Assembly: GCF_006345805.1 (NCBI RefSeq) | Contig: NC_043019.1 | Location: forward strand, 20,149,360 to 20,213,359 | DNA: 64,000 nt | Reading direction: 5' to 3' | From: Octopus sinensis | Lineage: Eukaryota | Shown: positions 1-12,320 of the stretch, one piece after another | Layout of the letters: every line of letters starts with the position of its first letter | Numbering within the stretch: position 1 is the first letter of the stretch | The notes under the pieces: model-generated | What the model saw: the letters and a program-made list of their open reading frames with translations, nothing else | Told to the model about the DNA's origin: nothing | Databases searched by the model: none | Position numbers and translations under genes: made by a program

Positions 1-1574
1 GAGGTCGACTTTACCTTTCATCCTTTCGGGGTCGATAAATTAAGTACCAGTTACGCACTGGGGTCGATGTAATCGACTTAATACCCATGTCTGTCTTTGT
101 TTGTCCCCTCTGTGTTTAGCCCCTTGTGGGTAGTAAAGAAATAGGTATTCGACAGACATAAACATATAAACACACACAGACCCCCCACGCGGCCAGGCAT
201 AGTTTAAAAACGCAACAAAAGGTCGAAATACTACAGAAGGATGGAAGACACGGAAGATAAAAGCAACAAAAGGGAAGCTGAGTGCAGTAAGGAACAAAAC
301 TAGACAAATCATAAACAAAATTGATATCTCACAGTAATAGAAGGGTTTGTGGTGGATTTCGAGGTTTGTTGATGTATCGCTTCATGGTTTTTAACCTTTG
401 TATGTGGCTCATCATCCAGCATATGACCTTGATAAGGGTTTGTAGCAATGAAAGGATGGAGTATAATATAAAATATATATGATATTTAAAACGGGGTTAG
501 AATTTAGTCCAAGAAGCCAGACGATGCTGAAAACAGGTGCGAAGAAACAAGAATAAGCCTGGTAAAATCTGTATCTACGGTGTAACATGACGTTCGTTCC
601 CTGTGTGATAAAAGTCTTCCTCTACACAAGTATAACATCAATTTTCCGGAACCCTTGCTTCCAAAGCAGATGCTACGTTTAGAGTGCAGTTTTGTATCTG
701 TAGTGTACACCAGGGGTGGGGAACTAGCGGTTGTAGGCCACTATGTGTAGCCTTTTTTGAACGAATCCAAATTCTGCAGAACAAATCTTTTTATTTTCAT
801 TTTAACCTTAAAAAATCCAAGCATTTCGGAAAAAAAGCTATCTTTTTTTCAAAACCTTTCTTCTTCAAAAGGTAATTTCGGATGACCATTTTCCCCAGTT
901 AGCTGCAAAGGTCATTGATGAATAAGAAGATTCATACAAATCATTGTGCTCAAAAAAGCACAATGCATCACTCAGTCTACGAATTGAAACCACAATTTCA
1001 TGATCATGAGTGCAATACCCTAAGTCATGTGCACTCATGCCTTACTCTTTACTCTTTTACTTGTTTCAGTCATTTGACTGCGGCCATGCTGGAGCACCGC
1101 CTTTAGTCGAGCAACTCGACCCCGGGACTTATTCATTGTAAGCCCAGTACTTATTCTATCGGTCTCTTTTTGCCGAACCGCTAAGTGTTGGAGAGGGGAT
1201 AAAAATAATAAATAGAAATGAAAGAGAAATGTAGAGGCGACTTACATGGAACATGGTGAATGATTTGGGTAGAGAAATATAAACAGTTGTATTTGAATAC
1301 TGCTTGGCCGCTGTTGGGTACATATTTAGGCTTTTGAGTGCTTTATAAACCTTCTTCTTTCTGAGTTTGTGTATGTGTCTGTGAGCTGAGGGCTGAGATG
1401 GTGAGGGAGAGAGAAATTAGTTCAAATTACCTAGTGCATAAACAAACAAGAGTTTATATAAATCTGGCCTTATCTACAACTGGATTAGACTTGTTTATGG
1501 CAAATCATTGATAGTACCGTCATTGTTATTATTATTGTTGTTGTTGTCATCATCATCATCATGATTATTATCAA

Positions 1575-2250
1575 GGTGACGAGCTGGCAGAATCATTAGC
1601 ATGCCAAACAAAATGCGTAATGGTATTTTTTCAGGCAAGCTGGCAGAATCGTTAGCACGCCGGGTGAAATGTGTTGCCATATTTCGTCTGCCGTTGCGTT
1701 CTGAGTTCAAATTCCACCGAGGTCAACTTTGCCTTTCATCCTTTCAGGGTCGATAAATTAAGTACTAGTTACGCACTGGGGTCGATATAATCGACTTAAT
1801 CCGTTTGTCTATCCTTGTTTGTCCTCTCTGTGTTTAGCCCCTTGTGGGTAGTAAAGAAATAGGTATTTTTTCAGGCAAGCTGGCAGAAACGTTAGTATAC
1901 CGGGCGAAATGCTTAGCGATATTTCATCTGTCTTCACGTTCTGAATTCAAATTCCGCCGAGGTCAACTTCGCCTTTCATCCTTTCGGGGTCTATTAAATA
2001 AGTACCAGTTATGCACTGGGGTCGATATAATCGACTTAATCCATTTGTCTGTCCTTGTTTGTCCCCTCTGTGTTTAGCCCCTTGTGGGTAGTAAAGAAAT
2101 AGGTATTTTTTCTGGCAGAATCGTTAGCACACCGGGCGAAATGCGTAGCCATATTTCGTTGCATTCTGAGTTCAAATTCCGCCATGGTCGACTTTGTCTT
2201 TCATCCTTTCGGGGGAGAGAAATTAAGTACCAGTTACGCACTGGGGTCGA
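1575..2250 (+). mobile_element. Nested/tandem tRNA-derived SINEs (family A: ggcggcgagctggcagaa...gttcaaattcc...aaagaaata)
   Basis: A-box and B-box-like head. The same family occurs at 1-147, 7349-7580, 28144-28370, 29050-29250, 40852-41078, 42980-43472, 49285-49699, 55737-55961 and 57532-58220. Confidence 0.85.
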
Positions 2251-2274
2251 TATAAGATGGGATCCAGTTTGAGG

Positions 2275-4915
2275 ATGGTATAACTATCAGTTCCAAAATT
2301 GGGAGCTAAACCCTCCAAGATCTTCCAAATATATATCACCGCATATCTCTCTCATCTTCTTTCCAGGGAATAGAGATTCAGCCCCTTTAGCCTCTCCCAG
2401 TAGCCCATCTTTTGCATCGAGTCAATCTTCTTTGTGTATTGGTGCTGTATTACTTCCAGTTCCACAGTTTGTTTCACACTCTCTGGGGACCATAGTTAGG
2501 GGGCAGTAGTCCAAGCGATTGAGACTGAAAGTCTGCCATAGGAGTAAAAGGGCTTCCCTTTTCCTGGTTCTGGATGTCCTCAGAAACCATCTGCACACTG
2601 TTGCCATCTTGGTAACGTGCACATGGAATGTTGCATCATTGCTCATGTGAACCCCCAGGCAATTAGGAACCCAGAGGACATCATAAAACAGCAGAAAGAT
2701 CTGAACGAGAACAACATGCAGTTCAATGCTATGAAATTTCAGGCACTCCACAAGGGGCTAAACATAGAGGGGACAAACAAGTACAGACAAACGGATTAAG
2801 TCGATTATATCGACCCCAGTGCATAACTGGTACTTATTTAATCGACCCCGAAAGGATGAAAGGCAAAGTTGACCTCGGTGGAATTTGAACTAAGAACCTA
2901 AAGACAGACGAAATACCTATTTCTTTACTACCCACAAGGGGCTAAACATAGAGGGGACAAACAAGTACAGACAAACGGATTAAGTCGATTATATCGACCC
3001 CAGTGCATAACTGGTACTTATTTAATCGACCCCGAAAGGATGAAAGGCAAAGTTGACCTCGGTGGAATTTGAACTAAGAACCTAAAGACAGACGAAATAC
3101 CTATTTCTTTACTACCCACAAGGGGCTAAACATAGAGGGGACAAACAAGTACAGACAAACGGATTAAGTCGATTATATCGACCCCAGTGCATAACTGGTA
3201 CTTATTTAATCGACCCCGAAAGGATGAAAGGCAAAGTTGACCTCGGTGGAATTTGAACTAAGAACCTAAAGACAGACGAAATACCTATTTCTTTACTACC
3301 CACAAGGGGCTAAACATAGAGGGGACAAACAAGTACAGACAACGGATTAAGTCGATTATATCGACCCCAGTGCATAACTGGTACTTATTTAATCGACCCC
3401 GAAAGGATGAAAGGCAAAGTTGACCTCGGTGGAATTTGAACTAAGAACCTAAAGACAGACGAAATACCTATTTCTTTACTACCCACAAGGGGCTAAACAT
3501 AGAGGGAACAAACAAGTACAGACAAACGGATTAAGTCGATTATATCGACCCCAGTGCATAACTGGTACTTATTTAATCGACCCCGAAAGGATGAAAGGCA
3601 AAGTTGACCTCGGTGGAATTTGAACTAAGAACCTAAAGACAGACGAAATACCTATTTCTTTACTACCCACAAGGGGCTAAACATAGAGGGAACAAACAAG
3701 TACAGACAAACGGATTAAGTCGATTATATCGACCCCAGTGCATAACTGGTACTTATTTAATCGACCCCGAAAGGATGAAAGGCAAAGTTGACCTCGGTGG
3801 AATTTGAACTAAGAACCTAAAGACAGACGAAATACCTATTTCTTTACTACCCACAAGGGGCTAAACATAGAGGGAACAAACAAGTACAGACAAATGGATT
3901 AAGTCGAGTATATCGACCCCAGTGCATAACTGGTACTTATTTAATCGACCCCGAAAGGATGAAAGGCAAAGTTGACCTCGGTGGAATTTGAACTGACTGA
4001 CCCTGGGATCGTATTACCTTCTGGTTCAGTGTATTCCAATTTTAGTCTGGTGTTGGGCTGATTGTGGAGTGCCTGAAATTTCATAGCATTGAACTACATG
4101 TTGTTCTTGTTCAGATCTTTCTGCAGTTTTATGATGTCCTCTGGGTTCCTAATTGCCTGAAATACTTTTGTGTCATCAGCACCACTGGTCAGATTGGCTG
4201 ACTGTACCATGGAGGGCATTTCTGAGAGAGCCACCACAAACAGCAGTGGCCCCAATACAGTTCCCTGTGGGACTCCGCTGAGAATTGGTGTCTCTTCAGA
4301 GTGAGCAACATTGGCTACAATTGTCTGACTCCTACCCTTCAGAAAATCATGCAGCCACTCTCCCAGTTTCCCGGTTTCGCAGCTTGTGACATATCATGCC
4401 ATGATCAACCTTGTCGAAGGCCTTGACAAAGCCAAGGTATATCATGCCTACAGCTGACTGGTTTAGCTGTGGCTTCCATACCCAGTCAAAGTGCTGCAGC
4501 AACTGTGTGAGGATGGAAGCCCTGTTGCATGTTTGTGAGAAGGTTGTTTTCTTCTAGGAATGCAATCAGCCTTTTTCTGACAATGTGTTCCATTGTCTTG
4601 CTAACATGTGAGATCAGAGAGATGGGCCTGTAGGTTTTAGCATCTGCTCTGCTCCCTCCTTTATGGAAAGGGCATATTATACCCTCTTTTAGCATGTTGG
4701 GAAATTTACCACATGCAAGGAAACTCTGAAAGAGTATCTGCAGTGGCTTTGCAAGAGCCTTTTTACATGTCTTTAAGAGAACAGCCAGAAGTCCATCTGG
4801 GCCTGTTGCTAAGTTTGATCTCATCTCATCAATGGCTGATATTACATCCTCTTCTGTTATGTTGATATAATCGATGGTTGCCTCTTTGCTGAATAGATTC
4901 ATTACATTGAAAAAC
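2275..4915 (-). mobile_element. Decayed CR1/L2-type non-LTR retrotransposon RT region, interrupted by a SINE array
   Basis: PDGLLAVLLK...KGGSRADAKTYRPISL...QQGF, SGVPQGTVLGPLLF, ADDTK; resumes at 2658 with LGVHMSNDATF and frameshifted YWERLKGLNLYSLE. Confidence 0.85.
2748..3993 (-). repeat. Tandem array of about 6.8 x 184-bp SINE-body monomers
   Basis: ccacaagggg unit starts at 2748, 2932, 3116, 3300, 3483, 3667, 3851; copies nearly identical. Confidence 0.95.
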
Positions 4916-4989
4916 ACTTTTGGCTTGTTTATTTGCATATTTTCCAGTGGAGAAGTATGTATATATATTATGTGTGTGTGTGTATATAT

Positions 4990-5389
4990 CTCTTTCTCTC
5001 TTTTACTTGTTTCAGTCATTTGACTGCGGCCATGCTGGGGCACCGCCTTTAGTCGAGCAAATCGACCCCGGGGCTTATTCTTTGTAAGCCCAGTACTTAT
5101 TCTATCGGTCTCTTTTGCCAAACCACTAGGTGACGGGGATGTAAACACACCAGCATCGGTTGTCAAACAATGCTAGGGAGACAAACACAGACACACAAAC
5201 ACACACACATATATATATATATATATATGACAGGCTTCTTTCAGTTTCCATCTACCAAATCCACTCACAAGGCATTGGTCGGCACGAGGCTATAGTAGAA
5301 GACACTTGCCCAAGGTGCCACGCAGTGGGACTGAACCCGGAACCATGTGGTTGGTAAGCAAGCTACGTACCACACAGCCACTCCTGCGC

Positions 5390-5390
<1 letters not shown>
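4990..5390 (-). mobile_element. tRNA-derived SINE (family B: gcgcaggagtggctgtgtggt...gactgaaacaagtaaaaga)
   Basis: tRNA-like head with B box ggttcagtccc and an internal (TA)n. Related copies at 1040-1190, 16156-16550, 29270-29640, 31240-31410, 42245-42395, 50520-50942, 59780-59960 and 62385-62790. Confidence 0.85.
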
Positions 5391-5445
<55 letters not shown>

Positions 5446-6597
5446 ATATATATATAGAGAGAGAGAGAAGTTGTGTGTTGATGTGTGTGTGTGTGTGTGT
5501 GTGTTTGTGAGGGAGAAAGAGAATTATTATAGCGTTCATCAAAAATAAAAATGTAAAATGTTTTTTTTCGTAAACATGAGATATCGTCTTCAAATTTAGG
5601 ATGTTTTTGAAAGACACTATATTTTGTAAACAGATTATATGTACTTTCTCACACAACAATTAAAATACATTTATTTCAAATCATTTATCTATTTATCTGA
5701 AAAGGGCAGGATCTGTGTGTGTATACGTGAATATAATTTATGCACGTCCATAAATTAGCACACATGTCACTCTAATTTTAGGACATTGGTCACAATCAGG
5801 GCTGTGTTTTTGTCAACTTATTTTCCCTGAGACACCCACAGATAATGGTAAAAATCGATTTCTAACCATAACTTCTACCAATTTACACGTCGGTGAAATC
5901 TGTAAGTTTGCTATTATGAGTTAAGTCACCTGTCTAGCAATGGCGAGAAAGAAAAACTAAGAGTAAATTTTTAGATTAAAACCCACATGATTTTCACTAA
6001 GAAAAAACAAAAAACTCAGATTTTTTGTGTGGAATCAAGTACCCTGAAACCCTAATATGCTGCAAATCCTTTATTTTGGTTCGGAGAAAAGTGGGGTAAG
6101 GGCAAGGGGGACCCCCACCATCCCAGAATCATTGGAAATTTTTCTTTTTTTTAAATGAATTCCTGTGACCTAATGTGCTACAAAACCGTTTTGGGGGTCC
6201 AAAAAATGGAGTGGGGTGAGGTTGAAGCCTTGGAAATTTCACCCCCACGCCCTTGATCTTTTTACCCATATGATTTTCACTAAAGAAAAGCAATAAAAAT
6301 CTGATTTTTTTTTTGCGTGAAATCAAGTACCCTGACCTCCTAATATGCTGCAAATGCCTTATTTTCGTTCGGAAAATTCTGAATCCCATTCCTTATAGGC
6401 TTTCCCAATCAAATTGTCTGCAACCCATTTTCAGCCAAACGTTTACCAATTTCAACGCATTTCGCTCAAATTTGACGTCAGTGTTACTTAGTTTGGTTTG
6501 AAACAAAGCACTTGATTAGATTAATAACCTAACTTAATCCTGGGTATTTCCCTTGTTGGTATTTGTTTTCGTTCTTTTTTGCTCCTCTTCCTGTTCA

Positions 6598-7010
6598 TAT
6601 CATCATCATCATTTAACGTCCGCTTTCCATGCTAGCATGGGTTGGACGGTTCAACTGGGGTCTGGGGAGCCCGAAGGCTGCACCAGGCCAGTCAGATCTG
6701 GCAGTGTTTCTACAGCTGGATGCCCTTCCTAACGCCAACCACTCCGAGAGTGTAGTGGGTGATTTTATGTGCCACCGACACAGGTGCCAGGCGAGGCTGG
6801 CGAACGGCCATGCTCGGATGGTGTTTTTTATGTGCCACCGATACAGGTGCCGGACGAGGCTGGCAGACGGCCACGCTCGGATGGTGTTTTTATGTGCCAC
6901 CGACACAGGTGCCAGATGAGGCTGGCGAATGGCCACGATCGGATGGTGTTTGTTACGTGCCCACAGCACGGAGGCCAGTCGATGCGGTACTGGCTACAGC
7001 CACGTTCGGA
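6598..7010 (-). mobile_element. SINE family C with (GAT)n tail and internal ~60-bp subrepeats
   Basis: catcatcat-ttaacgtccgctttccatgctagcatggg signature. Copies at 13948, 17270, 23010, 33171, 43950, 44850, 46790, 48690, 54610 and 58335, and in the opposite orientation at 41245-41550, 55140-55360 and 60160-60465. Confidence 0.8.
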
Positions 7011-7859
7011 TATGTTAGATGTATTTAAAAATCAGGATGCTGGAGTGTAAGAAAGTGAGTAAAAATTAGAAGGAAAAAATAACTGAAGGTTGATGCAAAA
7101 AGTGGAATGAAACGAAAAGTAATAAAACCAAGATTGTGGGAACCATAATTAATGTAGCACATAAATACAATTCATCATGATTGAGAGGATAGACTTCATA
7201 ATTCTTACCAGCTAAAGGAAATAAATATCAGGACTTGGACAATGAGATCATTGTCAAAGGGTGGCGTCTCCAAAGTCCATCCCCTCCTCACCATGGTGGG
7301 GACGCTAGCAACAGGTAGTGTCAGAGAAACAGGTAGTGTCAGAGTGAAGGCGGCGAGCTGGCAGAAACGTTAGCACGCCGGGTGAAATGCTTAGTGGTAT
7401 TTCGTCTGCGTTACGTTGTGAGTTCAAATTCCGCCGAGGTCGACTTTGCCTTTCATCCTTTCAGGGTCGATAAATTAAGTACCAGTTACGCACTGGGGTC
7501 GATGTAATCGACTTAATACCTATGTCTGTCCTTGTTTGTCCCCTCTATGTTTACCCCTTGTGGGTAATAAAGAAATAGGTAGTGTCAGAGCTATGCCGTT
7601 GGGACCTTCGGTTCCTGGTAGGGCCACCCACGGCAGATTGGTCTGACACCGAGTGGTATTAGGGCCACAACCCGGCAGACGGAGCTCTGGTGAAAATCTT
7701 CGGAGTGTCTGCTTCGGCAATCGGCGGCTCCTCGGTTGTTCTGTCCCTGCATCTGCGGACAATCTGTGGCAAACAGGATGTCTCCACATGCGGGATTGTT
7801 GGGGACCACTTGTGAAATCCACATATTCCCACGAAACTTCTTCCAAGGAAGAAGCCAAC

Positions 7860-8046
7860 TCAACCCGTCCAGGGTGAATGTCGCCACAAGTACACAGTCT
7901 CATTTCCTATTGAAGTTGGCAGTTGTGGCTTTCCAGCAGGACTGCCATGCTATTTCCTGCAGAAGATTGGTCTAAAACCCAAACAACTGAAGAAAGCCAT
8001 CAAGGAAATAGGCACAGCTGCTGAAACAAGCTCAAAGGGGTTATAG
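7860..8046 (+). mobile_element. HERO/R2-group retroposon restriction-like endonuclease C-terminal remnant
   Basis: FPIEVGSCGFPAGLPCYFLQKIGLKPKQLKKAIKEIGTAAETSS resembles the EVGCRGF...AAE..S motif. Confidence 0.55.
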
Positions 8047-8256
8047 TTGATAAGATGCCACAAGTATATTTCTACCACAGGTGAAGACTAATTCAGCCTT
8101 CACTGCTCCACTCAAGTAAAGTATACAAGCTACAGGTGAAATGCTTGTGGTCCTGAGATACCTTCTGATGATACAGAAGGGTTTCCAGCTTTGCAATGGA
8201 TTTGGAAGAACTTGCAATATTTCACTTACACACACTCACACACACACACACACACA

Positions 8257-8290
<34 letters not shown>

Positions 8291-9629
8291 TTACAACTTA
8301 TTCCAAACATTTATACATTTAACCCTTTCATTACCATATTTATTTTGAGGTGCTCTGTGTCTCTTTCAATTATTTTAAATATAACAAAGAATTTAGTAAA
8401 ATAACATCGTTATAATTAAGCTAGTGTTAGGAACATAAATTGTGACTAAAGTTTGGTGGAAGATTTTAATTCAAAACTTATGAAAACATGACATTTGTAC
8501 TACAGAGCCAGAGCTGGTTTCAGCCAGGTTGGTAACGAAAGGGTTAAATATTCGTTAGAGATAAAATAAATTCAAATAAAACGAATATTGATTGTTAAAT
8601 AATCAAACTTTATTTTCAGAAATTGATTCACAATAATTAGCCATAGACACTGATGCACAAAGATAATTATATTGGAATTTGCTTATTTGTATGTTTTAAC
8701 CTTCCATGCTGAAATTTTTACTTTTTTTTTTTATTTTCATTAAAATAAATATAATAATTAAAGGTGGGATAGCTCAATGGGTGGGGGTATCAGACAAAGT
8801 ACCTCATAGTTTGTGAGTTAATACCTCTTTGGTGAGATGTTTCTTTGTATTTTTGGGGGTGAGGTATTTGATATTCTATTCTGCTCACCTCAATTTGTCT
8901 GACTGTGATAGATTAGCATCTCATCCTGGGATAGATGTCTCGCCTCTGCTTTCCATTACAAAATGCAAGAACTAATGAGCACAGGTCTTCAAAAATCACC
9001 CAACCACTATCAGCAGTTATTCAATCACTTACACACGAGTGTAGGTAATCCCAAATGCATGTTATATTGCTATAAGATGCAGAGAGATGTAACCACTACA
9101 GCCACAGTAAAAACAAACTATCCAGAAGAGAAGAATCACAAAGAGAACAACAGAGGGGAGAGGACACCTGCCTACTACACATACACATGCATGCATACAC
9201 ATACAAAATGACTGGCTTCAGCTGAGAGAATTTTCTGAGAGAATGACTGGCTTCAGCTGAGAGATGATGATGTGGGACAAGCCGGTTGTAGTTCAGGCTT
9301 CTTCTGCAAGAAGCCACATGCAAGGCAAACCTTGAAGATGATGATGTGGGACAAGCCGGTTGTAGTTCAGGCTTCTGCTGCAAGAAGCCACATGCAAGGC
9401 AAACTTTTTAGCCTTCAGGTGTCAGCTCCATGTTTAGAAAATTCTGTCTCAATTATTAAAGCTCTCTGTTGTCTCTTAAAATGATTGAAAAAAATTCTAG
9501 GTCAGTTACGACAGATGTCTTGTACAAGTGGCACATCTCAACACTTACAAAGTCCGACCCCCCATCCCATATGGTTTGTAGAATGATGGTAGATATTAAA
9601 TATTTGAAAATAAACATAAGACAACATTT

Positions 9630-9676
<47 letters not shown>

Positions 9677-10108
9677 GTGAGAGAGACAGACAGACAGAGA
9701 TATAAAGATAAAAGAAAAAATGATCATATTATGTATCAAACAGTTTCCTCTGGTTACTTCAACTAGCTACCTGTGTGTGTGTATTTATATATGTGTGTGT
9801 GTGTGTGTGCATATATCTATACCTATGTATATATATACACACGTGTATATACATACACATACACTTTGTTATACATTTTCATACACCGGTAAACTTTGCA
9901 TTCACTGTATATAGCTACAAATTGTGTTGCACAAGCAATTTGCTCCATGCATACCAAATGCAGAATCAACTTTATGCACATAATATATGAATAAAATGGA
10001 CAAAATCAGCAATGTATAAGCTGTCTGAATAAGCTTGCATGTCCAGGTATGCATGCTAATATCGAACAGTGAAAATGAGCATGCAACACTGCATTGATGA
10101 ATAAATAT

Positions 10109-10311
10109 TCTTTATTTGTGGATTAATGAGACAACCAATGGTTTCATGTGCAGGAATCTTCACAATTGTTCAAGTGTGTCACATGGAAGTGCTGGTGCTC
10201 ATCTATCCAAAAGGGAGACAAATACTAACACTTCTATGTGGTACACTTGGAAAATTGCGAAGATCTTTTCGCATGAAACTGTTGGTTGATTCATTAACCC
10301 ACAAATAAAGA
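10109..10311. repeat. 96-bp-arm imperfect inverted repeat (long hairpin)
   Basis: Arms 10109-10204 and 10216-10311, 22 substitutions, no indels. Confidence 0.9.
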
Positions 10312-10864
10312 AAAAATTCTGCAAGAGCAAAACAACCAGAGATTCAAACTGTTCACTTTTTACACAAAAAGAATCAAGCCACAAATCACTGTTACAATTA
10401 TAAATTAAATGATTTGAAAAATACACACATATACAAACATATATACACACACAATCATACATACATACACACATTTGATTACTGGTCCCTCTCAACAGCT
10501 GTTTCATAAAGATAAACACCATAAAATGTTAACTGCATAATTATGATGCATCATTAATTTATTTAAATTAAATTATATTATGTATTGCATTCCTGCAGTT
10601 ATGGAATTAATGATGTTTATCTTAATAAAACAACTGTTGAACACAAAGTAAAAACTATATATAAAATTTATGCTTTTTATGCATTTATGTTATATATGTA
10701 TATGTATATATATATTGATATTAATTTTGAGTATGTGTGTGTGAGTGCCTATATATGTATTTGTGTGTATATATATATGTGTATGTATATATATATATAT
10801 ATATGTATTTATATGTATACACATACATACACACAAATATGCACATGTACATATATTTGCATAG

Positions 10865-10899
<35 letters not shown>

Positions 10900-11388
10900 T
10901 AAGAGAGTGACCGGGTTTTTTATGCACTAAGCCACTTGGTGGTAAATGGATGTGCTATTAAATTAGTACCCAATTTTCTCACCCTTATCAGTTGAGTATA
11001 TATATGCATACAGTAACATTAAAACAGACACACATTCACTCACATATAGATACATAAATATTCTCGTACATATACGAACATACAAACAGAGAAAATGGAA
11101 AGTTTTCTTATGAAACAAAGCCAGGAGGCAGCTGTAATGATTTGAGGAGATCAGGAAGAAGTAGACTGAAATCATGCAGAACAGAAAAAGGGGCTTACAC
11201 ACCACAGTCAAAGCAATGTCAATCACGTATATTGATTGATTCTTTTGTGACTAGCACCGGGATATCAATCAGAGAAGGTTTAATCAAAATAGGGTCGATG
11301 GAGGAAAAAGAAGTTGCAAATTTGTCTCTCTTAGCAGCATTCTTCAAATGGTGAACATCATGATGGTTTTTACCATTTTAGTTTTATG

Positions 11389-11503
11389 TAATGAGATTTT
11401 TATAATTATAGTGTTAGTAATGAGATTTTTATAATTATAGTGTTAGTAATGAGATTTTTATAATTATAGTTGTTAGTAATGAGATTTTTATAATTAGAGT
11501 GTT
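11389..11503. repeat. 29-bp tandem repeat, about 4 copies
   Basis: taatgagatttttataattatagtgttag repeated. Confidence 0.9.
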
Positions 11504-11908
11504 TTAACCATTTAATGACACAAAAAAAAACCATTCAATTTATTTCTAATATATTTCATGAGGTGTCACAATATTTTCATCACACAACCACAATTTTATT
11601 AAGGACCTTGTGTGTGTGTGTTGTAATGTTGGTCCTTATGTCAAGTTGTAATAAAATCAATTTTACATTAGATTGAAGGATTGTTCATTACTTTTTGTAG
11701 AGTACCTATTTATTATTTTTTAACAAGAATAGTATTGACAGTAACTTTGAAGTTTTTCAGGCTCATCACAGTATGATGATGGCTTATCAAGCCAAAACTT
11801 TGAAGTCACTCTCAACAATATATATATATATCTAATGTAGGATAAAATTTTTTGAAAAAAACTCTATCAATGGCCAGCATATTAAAAAATACCTTTAAAG
11901 GTTAAATT

Positions 11909-12121
11909 TATAGACAACTTATAAATAAGGGCAAAAGAAAAAAATTCTAATACCAAATATGCCAAAAATAAGACAAATCGTCAATAACCATATAATTTAT
12001 CACTATTGTGATATAGTGATAAATAGTGCTTATGGTGATAAATTATATGGTTATTGACGATTTGTCTCTTTTCGGCATATTTGGCATTAGAATTTTTTTC
12101 TTTTGCCCTTATTTATAAGTT

Positions 12122-12128
<7 letters not shown>
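11909..12128. repeat. AT-rich palindrome with ~90-bp arms next to (TA)n
   Basis: acaacttataaataagggcaaaag... is mirrored by ...cttttgcccttatttataagttgt. Confidence 0.85.
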
Positions 12129-12157
<29 letters not shown>

Positions 12158-12320
12158 TAATCAAAGTATACATTACAACCAATCTTACTTACCAAACAGT
12201 TTTGCACAGGCTATCAGGTAATCAGATGATTATCTAATAACTGTGCTCATCAGCGTTGGCAAGTATATGGGGGAAAAAAATTACTATTCTTAGATGGCTA
12301 CATGTTTACACACACACTTA

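Noticed and set aside
504-710. 68-aa minus-strand ORF in unique-looking DNA
   Set aside because: No motif, no supporting splice partners, and a length expected by chance.
2748-3993. CRISPR-like regular array (also the 65-bp repeat at 40110-40360)
   Set aside because: Whole units repeat with no unique spacers, the unit is a SINE body, and the context is eukaryotic with no cas genes.
4486-5166. 226-aa ORF as a cellular gene
   Set aside because: The N-terminus is SINE/microsatellite read-through; the rest is a LINE RT fragment with downstream frameshifts.
7349-7440. tRNA gene-like sequences at SINE heads (also 16156, 38045, 49100)
   Set aside because: A and B boxes are present but there is no cloverleaf or acceptor stem, and they continue into multi-copy SINE bodies.
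9263-9405. Possible tandem C/D-box snoRNAs (ATGATGA at unit start)
   Set aside because: No CTGA D box at unit ends and no terminal stem.
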